The translations under genes and the position numbers were made by a program. A DNA stretch of 63,724 nucleotides from Saprolegnia diclina VS20 (taxonomy: Eukaryota). Positions 56,425 to 63,724 of the stretch are shown here, in pieces; the first letter of the stretch is position 1; each line of letters starts with the position of its first letter. The notes beneath the pieces were generated by a model that was not told the DNA's origin, did no database searches, and worked only from the letters and a program-made list of their open reading frames with translations. The stretch lies in assembly GCF_000281045.1 (NCBI RefSeq), contig NW_008246142.1:30634-94357 (forward strand), in the 5' to 3' direction.

Positions 56425-57546
56425 AATCCACTGGCATCGATCCTCCTCAATGCTAGCTAGGTATTAGTGTATCCCAAATGTATTTTACGACAAGCATTTT
56501 GATTGGGTCGGTATGGGCGAGGACGTATGTTGTTCGTCCAAGGTGATATGTACAACTTGTATGCACGTAGCGTGGGTGTTGAAGAAAAACCACTTCCGTG
56601 GACAGCGCCATCGAAGGCGCCTTGAAGCTGTATGTATGCTGTGGCCATGGACGGGCTCAAAGAGGCGGGTTGCCACGTGGGATCGACGCAACGGTGTGGA
56701 TTGGTCGCCTGAAAAATAGAAGCGCCAATCAAACGCGTTGGTTTAAGCACGACGCGGCATGATTGGATACTGGAAGATCGCCCGCCAAACGAGGCCAACA
56801 AAAGGCTCCCAAAGCGCGGCCCCCGGCACCACGGCCGTCGATATCGAAGCGCCGCCGTTTTATTCGAACGCGGAGACGACAACAAAGCCGCGGTCGCCAG
56901 CGCTGGCGAACGCTGTCGTGGCCAACAAGCGTTTCTAGAACGAGCGACTTGAACCGCCCGCGCGAGATGGCGGATCGCTTTGAACCATCATTCTTGCCAC
57001 ATGAATTAGATCGCGCCGCAGAGATTATACGACTTGCTTGGACATGTCTATGTTCGCCAGGGACCTTCATTGAAAACCAGCATCCACATTCGAGCCCGAA
57101 ATCAAACTGCGGTTCTTACGGCTTGTTTTTGGTCGACTTGATACCACAGCTTATTCTCGATCAGTAATCACCTCTTACCTGTCAAGCCTCTTCCGCCCCA
57201 CGCTCTACTGTACCCAGCAGCAGCATGCGCCTTCATGCGCTTTGCCGAGCATGTACTCGTGGGCCAATATCGCCCTCCGCCATCGACAAGCAAGACGTGC
57301 GGCGCGAAAGGGCGTGTTCGATTTTTTATCCGGTTCTTGGTGGTTTCGTATCCGGTCAAAACGAAACCGATCCGGGGCCGTATTAAAATACGACGGTAGG
57401 GATACATATCGCAAGTGAACATTAATTTGTATTGTAGTCCGGCCCGCGGTGTCGAGGCTGTTTCGAAATATGCTCCTATCGGTCCGGTCGATCGATCACA
57501 TTGCAATCGTCGACCGACCCAGCAAGCCGCTCTCAGATCTTATAGC

Positions 57547-58125
57547 ATGGGCAACATCGCAAACAAGTGCAAGACCAAGACGTCGTGCGTCCGGCGGCTC
57601 CGCATGCTCTGCGACCGGCTCGCGTGGCGGGAGACGCCCCGCAAGATCTACATGGTCGGCCTCTCGAACGCCGGCAAGACGTCCATCTTGTACCAGTACA
57701 AGTTCAACGAGGCGACGACGACCGTGCCAACGATCGGCTTTAACGTCGAGTCGTTCAGCTACAAGACCATCTCGTTCACGGCATGGGACTTTAGCGGCCG
57801 CGAGCAGCTGCGGCCGTTGTGGCGCTACTACTTTGACGACACGGCAGCCGTCATCTTTGTCGTCGACTCGGCCAGCACCGTGCTCATGCAGGAAGCCGCC
57901 GAGGTGCTTCATGGCCTTCTCAAGGTGCACGAGCTCAAGGACGTGCCGTTCCTCGTGTACGTCAACAAGCAAGACATCCCGACGTGCATGAGCGTCGACG
58001 AGGTCGCCGAGGCACTCCAGCTCAACAACATCATCTCGCACGACGTGCAAGTGCAAGGTTGCTGCGCACAGACCGGCGATGGTCTCTATGAAGGCCTCGA
58101 CTGGCTTTGCAAGTCCATCCGCTAG
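57547..58125 (+). CDS. ARF family GTPase, paralogue 3 (altered switch II)
   Basis: [37 protein letters not shown] and GLYEGLDWL. Confidence 0.92.
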   Translation: MGNIANKCKTKTSCVRRLRMLCDRLAWRETPRKIYMVGLSNAGKTSILYQYKFNEATTTVPTIGFNVESFSYKTISFTAWDFSGREQLRPLWRYYFDDTAAVIFVVDSASTVLMQEAAEVLHGLLKVHELKDVPFLVYVNKQDIPTCMSVDEVAEALQLNNIISHDVQVQGCCAQTGDGLYEGLDWLCKSIR

Positions 58126-58675
58126 GCCCACCCTCCATGTCGTCCTCCTATCTTTGCTCCTTAGACCTCCTTCATACTCGTCGTTTCTCGATCTATCTAT
58201 TCAATTCCATGTGCTAGTATCGCGTGTTTGCTTGCTTGCATGCGTACGATCTTGCCGCTTGCGTCTCAGCCGGAGATCGTGAATCCCTGCTTTGATGCAG
58301 TTGCCGGCTCGGAGCAGCCTCAACCTCGCCGGGCAGAATATAGGATCGCACCCGTACCTACTGGATGCCAAAAGCATCGCCGTCGGTGCAAGCATACTCG
58401 CCCATCTACTGGTGGCATGACGTTCATTGCTGTCGTCCAGCTGGCGGTGGGCAGCCGGGCGCCGCTACACCGCAGCTGCGCTTGAAGCCCATGTCAATGA
58501 AGTCGGGTATCGAACTTCGAAGGTTCCGATTAAGTGCGTATAAAAAGACCAACAAATATGCTACATAGAAACACCAAGTGTGGATTAAAAAAACGTGGCG
58601 TTCCAAATTCGAAGCGACGGAAGTTGGGGCTTTTTGTCTGGCCGTCCTTATTCCCCAAGTCATCGTCGCAGCAGC

Positions 58676-59041
58676 ATGGAGTACCGCAAGTCGAAGCACA
58701 CGATCATCCTCGTGCAGTACACGGAGGACCCGAACTCGCGCACGTACCTCGACTTCGAGTCCGTCAACGGCGCCATGGACGGCGTCGTCAAGATGTACGA
58801 AGCCAAGCTCAAGCAGCTCAACCCGTCGAAGCGCAACATCACGTACGACATCCAGGACTTGTACAACTACATTGACTCGCTCGCCGACCTGAGCACGCTC
58901 GTGTACGCTTATCGCTACGGTATCCCGTGGCCTCATGACGTGTATGCTAGGCTGGACCTCGAGACAAAGACGTATCTTCCGAGCGGGAAGGAGTGGATCA
59001 AGAAGAAGATCTTCCAAGTCCTGCGGAATCAAGCCTCGTAG
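58676..59041 (+). CDS. ERH: Enhancer of rudimentary homolog (2 exons, intron about 58903-58950)
   Basis: HTIILVQ..SRTYLDFESV..YEAKLK.LNP..ITYDI.DL..ID.LADLS.LV..KEWIK. Confidence 0.95.
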   Translation: MEYRKSKHTIILVQYTEDPNSRTYLDFESVNGAMDGVVKMYEAKLKQLNPSKRNITYDIQDLYNYIDSLADLSTLVYAYRYGIPWPHDVYARLDLETKTYLPSGKEWIKKKIFQVLRNQAS

Positions 59042-59101
59042 ACGTGCGTGACGAGCATTTTTGTCCCCTTATAACCTAACAAGCACGCACTCAACTCTCT
59101 G

Positions 59102-59302
59102 TCATGGCGCGACGAGCTGGCGGCGTGCTGCCGCGTAGATGTGGTGCATCTGCACCGCAATCATGCCAAGCAGAACAAGTTGCACAAACGCGCGCTTGGA
59201 GGGCCGAAGCAGCGTGAGGCCGACGGCGCTAGCGAGGAGGAGGAGCAGCCATCGTCCTGCAAGCTGGCTGGACGGCGCGGTCCATGGGGTCGAGTCCATC
59301 AT
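59102..59302 (-). CDS. Possible 66-aa two-TM microprotein
   Basis: WLLLLLASAVGLTLL and AFVQLVLLGMIAVQM. GC-rich, coding-like island between AT-richer flanks; no recognised homology. Confidence 0.4.
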   Translation of the reverse strand: MMDSTPWTAPSSQLAGRWLLLLLASAVGLTLLRPSKRAFVQLVLLGMIAVQMHHIYAAARRQLVAP

Positions 59303-59522
59303 CGGCCAGTACTTGTCCGAGAGAAATTGCCGCCTTTTGGCTTCATCTCGGAAAAGGCGCCTTCGAAATTATTTTCCATGCGACTTGTATTATTTCTCTC
59401 ACATTTAAAGATACATATGTTGGCGTACATCTTTGCGTGAAAAGAAAAAAAACGCAGACTCCATTGCAAAGTGGAATAAAATGAAAACCATCGAAATTGC
59501 CAAATCTTCTTGAACGGACAGC

Positions 59523-59834
59523 ATGGCCGACGCCGAGGCCGCGCCGCCGTCCGAGTACGTCAAGCTCATTAGCGCCGAGGGCCACGAGTTCTACGTCGCG
59601 CGCAAGTGCGCGCTCGTGTCCGGTACGATCAAGGCGATGCTCTCGGGCCACTTTAGCGAGAGCAAGGGCGAGGTGCGCTTCCCAGACATTGGCGCGCCGA
59701 TCCTCGAAAAGGTCATCCAGTACATGTACTACAAGAAGCGCTACTCGAACAGCAATGCGCGCATTCCGGACTTTGCGATCGAGCCCGAGATGGCGCTCGA
59801 GCTCCTCATGGCGGCCAACTACTTGGACTGCTAA
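59523..59834 (+). CDS. ELOC: Elongin C
   Basis: [50 protein letters not shown]. Confidence 0.97.
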   Translation: MADAEAAPPSEYVKLISAEGHEFYVARKCALVSGTIKAMLSGHFSESKGEVRFPDIGAPILEKVIQYMYYKKRYSNSNARIPDFAIEPEMALELLMAANYLDC

Positions 59835-59887
59835 GTACACCTTCAATCCTCATCCTCTGCATCGTTCGTCTACCGCGCGTGTTGTCG

Positions 59888-60574
59888 TCACACGACCTTC
59901 TTCGCACTCGTCTCGTGGTCGCAGAGCCGCATAAAGTGAGCGGTTTGTCGGCGGATCGAGGCGCGGCAGGCGTAGTACGCATGGTACATTTGCGCGCAAA
60001 GGAAGAGCAGGTGCAGCACCGCGAGCATCTAGCACGCACGTCGACCCTCGCCGCCATCAACAGTACCATATACCTCGTCAAATGGCAGGCTGTGCTCGGT
60101 GCCGAACGCCAAAAAGAGCGCGCAGGGCACTTGCGGTACGACGCTGAGAAAGGTAAAGCCCACGAGATGCGGTACCTGCGACGCACGGTTAGCAGCCACA
60201 GCGATAACAGATCTACGACCTTTTCCAGGAGATTTCCGCTGTAGCCCAAGTAGAGACGCATGCCGTCGGTGGGCAGGTAGATGCACACGCAGCAGATCTC
60301 GGCATACTTGCGTATCGTCGACGCATACGTGAGCTCCCGCATCTACCTCGCAGCAGTGATAGCATTGGCATGTACATGGGGACGTGGGGTACTACCTTGT
60401 GATAAAAGACAGCGATCCAGATGGGGGAGGTGAAGGCGTCAAAGATCACGTTGTAGTAGAGCAGCATCTGCAGCGGCAAGTTGATGCCGACCTCGGCTTG
60501 CTGCACTAATGGTCGCGCAGTCGCACGCGTCGCCTCGCAAGCTCTCACGTACCAATATCGCTGCGGTGATCCAT
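59888..60574 (-). CDS. TMEM17: Ciliary transition-zone protein, TMEM17/TMEM216 family (5 exons)
   Basis: Spliced MDHRSDI|VQQAEVGINLPLQMLLYYN...RLYLGYSGNLLEK|VPHLVGF...RRQTAHF with four TM segments. Confidence 0.82.
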
Positions 60575-60644
60575 TGTACTGTACGGGCCATATAAGATCC
60601 AAACGCAAAACGGCTAGTGAAGCGACATGTCGGGCTTGCGGAGC

Positions 60645-61462
60645 ATGGAGACGACGCATACGAGCACGGTAGGCGCTTCCGCTGCCGTACGATAAGACGT
60701 AGAGCGGACGTGGCAGGTGGTGCTGCGCTGCAAGGCCGTCGTTGTGGGCGACGCAGGTGTCGGCAAGACAGCGCTGCTTCAAACGCTCAAGTCGAGCGGC
60801 CACGAGTACCCAAAGAACTACACCATGGTGCGCCATCCTGCCGCGAGTACGTGGCCCGAGTGGTGCATGGTAATAGACGTCGTCGCCCGAGCTCGTTGTC
60901 AAGTCGATTCCGATGCCCGAGACGAATGCGATTGTCGAGCTCTACTTGCTCGACTGTCCGGGCCAGAGCATCTTCAACCAGCGCGAGTTTGGCTCGATGC
61001 ATGTCCGTACGTCGCCACAAAGGCTGGTGCTCCACCTCTAGCGCTAGTTTGAGGGCGCGTGCATGATCGTGCTTGTCTTTGACGTCAACAGCAAAGAGTC
61101 GTTCAAGTCGTGCATGAAATGGTACCAGGATGTCGCAAACCCGGCGCCCAACCACCAGATTTCTGGTACGCTCAAAATGTGGTCCGATACTGAGCTTTGG
61201 TGCAGGCGTTCTTATTGGCAACAAGGTGGACGAGAAGGAAGGCAACCGCGACGCCATCTTGGTCAAGGAAGCCGAAGACTTTGCCGAGCAACACAACCTC
61301 AAGTACTTCGAGTGCTCGGCGGTACGCACTGTTGTCGTCCTGCCGGTGGACTACCATGCGTGCTAGCGCCTCGGCACCAATATTGACGCGCCTTTTGTGC
61401 ATATGGCCTCGGCCTTTAAGAAAAAGTACGACGACCTCGCCGAGCGCGCTGAAAACAACTAG
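60645..61462 (+). CDS. IFT27: Intraflagellar transport protein 27 (RABL4), 6 exons
   Basis: LRCKAVVVGDAGVGKTAL..YPKNYTM|T..VELYLLDCPGQ..GVLIGNKVD..YFECSA. No C-terminal prenylation Cys, as expected for IFT27. Confidence 0.9.
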
Positions 61463-61996
61463 ACCACGCTCTCTAGTCACTTGCACTTACGACTGAAATC
61501 TCATTCATATTCCAATGAGCTGTTATTGGCTTGCACAGTTTAGTCGTCCACGCAACTACTACTTGTGAACGACGTATCGAGGTCGTAGTAGCGGACCTCG
61601 GCCAAGTAGCAGTGGGCTGCCAACGAAGCGATGCAGGTCGTCGTCGATAGACCATCATTCTCTCTGCTCGTCGCGTGCTTCGAAGCGCCCTTGTTGTCCC
61701 GTTGGAGCACTTGGGTCATTGTGTACAATATTGTCTTTTAACCTTTAATGGAACAGCTATTGGTCGCGCGACTCACTCGGGCGACGACTCGGGCGTGCGT
61801 GGGCGGTGTGTTTTGAGTTTTCCGCGTCCAATCGCGGGTTTTGAGTTGAGTTTGAGGGAATGGGGCATGCGGTTTAAAAATTCGGGTTGTATATGATATA
61901 TTGTAGGGCACATTAAATATTGAATAAAAGCACGGCCGGCGCTGCGTGGCGGCCATTTTATTTCAGCGACGGAAGGAGAGACAACAGGAACCGACC

Positions 61997-62508
61997 ATGC
62001 AGATCCAGATCAAGGTAGAGCCGATGATGCTTGGACGACGAGGAACTCATGGAGATGCATCATGCTATGTAGACGCTCACCGGCCGCAAGGTAGATGCGC
62101 TTCCTCGCCCATGTAGGCGCTGGCCATGGACCTCATGCGGGACCACTTCGTAGCAAACGTTCAACTTTGAGCCCGACAACACGGTAGAGATGCATGCAAG
62201 CCAAGGTAGATGGAGATGAACAACATGGAATGTAGATCCTGCACGTCAAGCAGGCTCTCCAGGAGAAGGAAGGTATCCAGGTCGATCAGATCCGGTACGT
62301 TGCCGGCCCCATGCCAGACGCATGCTGACTGAGGGATCGATGGCTAGGTTGATTTACAGCGGCAAGCAGCTGTACGCCCTTCAGCCCCAAGGATGATGGC
62401 GGGACGCTCATACCCTCGATTAGGGCTGATGACAAGACCCTCCAGGACTACAACGTTGCGGCCGGCGGTACCATCCACATGGTGTTGCAGCTTCGTGGCG
62501 GCTGCTAA
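61997..62508 (+). CDS. NEDD8: NEDD8/RUB1 ubiquitin-like modifier, 77 aa in 6 exons (absent from the ORF track)
   Basis: Exons 61997-62014, 62073-62090, 62154-62183, 62236-62294, 62348-62371 and 62424-62508 give MQIQIKTLTGRKQTFNFEPDNTILHVKQALQEKEGIQVDQIRLIYSGKQLADDKTLQDYNVAAGGTIHMVLQLRGGC. EKEGI and RLIYSGKQ are NEDD8-type. Confidence 0.9.
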
Positions 62509-62630
62509 GTCTGCTGCCATCGAGCCGCCGATGGACGACGACGACACAGATTAGCCAGCAAGCGCCATGTCATTTCGTTCTTAACACGTGATTGCCTCGT
62601 TACTACATAGTACGGTCGGAACGTTGGCTG

Positions 62631-63715
62631 TCATTGCGTCTGCTGCGCTGCCTTTTCGAGCTGCGCCTTGATCAACGGGTCGAGCTCGCCCTTTTGCGCG
62701 AGGATCTGAAGCAGCTTGATCACGAACGGGATGTAGTTGTGCTTGCGGCGCGCGTTCTCGTGCTTCCAGTTGGCGCGCTTCTGCTCCTCGCCCACGATGC
62801 ACTGCTGCCACGACTGCAGCTGCGCCGCCACATGGGGCGTCTGGTCTTGCTCGAGAAGCTCCGCAATGTGGTGCTGGGCGACTTGCAGGCGGTTGCGGAC
62901 AAGCGCGAGGAGGTTGAAGCGAATCTCGGACGACGCGTACTTTTCGATGCGGCGCTGGATCACGGGCGTCGCGACATCGAGCCACGAGAGACCGGGAAGA
63001 CCGCCCTACGACCATGCGCTCAGTCGTGACGGGTCATGCAGTCAGCGTACCGTCGCGATCGGCCCCAAGCTCACGGGCCCCGGCGCGAGGCCATCGAGCT
63101 CATACACTTGGCCTTGGAACGGGACGTACGCGACAAAGTGGTAGACCTCGTCCGAGTCCTTGGCCGACGGCTTCTCGTCGTCCATGACAAACGGCTCGGC
63201 GCGTGCAAACGAGTTGTGCACCGTGCGGATCGTGTCGCTGTTGGAGATGGCCAAGCCCTTGAGGTCCGACGGAAAGTCGCTCGTAAAGCCTTTAAACTCC
63301 TTGAGCGTATCGCCCATGTCCACGTTGGACGACGCTTCGAGGTTGAGCAAGATGGAGAGAATCGCTTGCGTCGCGCACGCGTTGCTAATGACCTGCTTGG
63401 CAAAGAAGAGGTCGGGATGCACGTGGCCGACCGATGGCGCCGACTCGGCGCGGTGGTTGGGCTCCCACTTGAAGAGAAAAATGAGGCCAAAGACCGGCGC
63501 GAGCTGCTGGAACTCGCTCTGGTCGAGCGAGTAGAGCTCCTCGACCTGGACACCCTTGACGCCAATGTCTTCGATGAGCGAGGTAAAGACGCCTAGGACG
63601 CAGCACCATGAGCGCTTCGTCGTGACCATGATGCTCGTCGGCGCGGCCACCACAGCCACCGCCGAGGCCATGAGACGCGTCTACCTGGGTCCGACTCGAT
63701 CGTGCACCAACTCAT
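62631..63715 (-). CDS. UCHL5: Ubiquitin C-terminal hydrolase UCH37/UCHL5 (peptidase C12), 3 exons
   Basis: [55 protein letters not shown] and ENARRKHNY. Confidence 0.96.
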
Positions 63716-63724
63716 GCTGCTGGC

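Noticed and set aside
58903..58950. Apparent 16-aa insertion in ERH
   Set aside because: It is a 48-nt GT-AG intron that happens to be in frame; removing it restores normal ERH length.

Overview
Eukaryotic genomic DNA, not prokaryotic: GC-rich and gene-dense, with short (mostly 40-60 nt) GT-AG introns and three assembly gaps. Gene content suggests an oomycete, most likely Saprolegniales (START-FYVE protein, LRR-TM-TKL receptor kinases, 7TM-TKL fusion, oomycete-type ankyrin family, ciliary genes). This assignment is an inference. About 37 protein-coding genes were reconstructed by hand across introns. Conserved housekeeping genes include SmD3-like, MePCE/Bin3, SRP68, EMG1, SCO1, NDUFS8, DcpS, Fcf2, FYV7-like, mtACP, VDAC, ERH, Elongin C, TMEM17, IFT27, NEDD8 and UCHL5. 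Lineage-specific surface and signalling genes are interspersed among them. The most notable candidates are: (1) an inverted pair of intronless ~7TM proteins with a C-terminal LRR+LNR module and apparently reversed (C-out) topology; (2) tandem LRR receptor kinases built one repeat per symmetric phase-2 exon; (3) a 7TM-kinase with a Src-like HRDxRxxN loop; (4) a CCR4-like EEP protein with an inserted FN3 domain and a lost catalytic Asp; (5) a DcpS with a putative membrane anchor; (6) a large GPI-type Cys-repeat surface protein; (7) an ARF triplet with altered switch II; (8) a Gypsy RT relic. Splice sites and domain calls are by eye; no searches were run.
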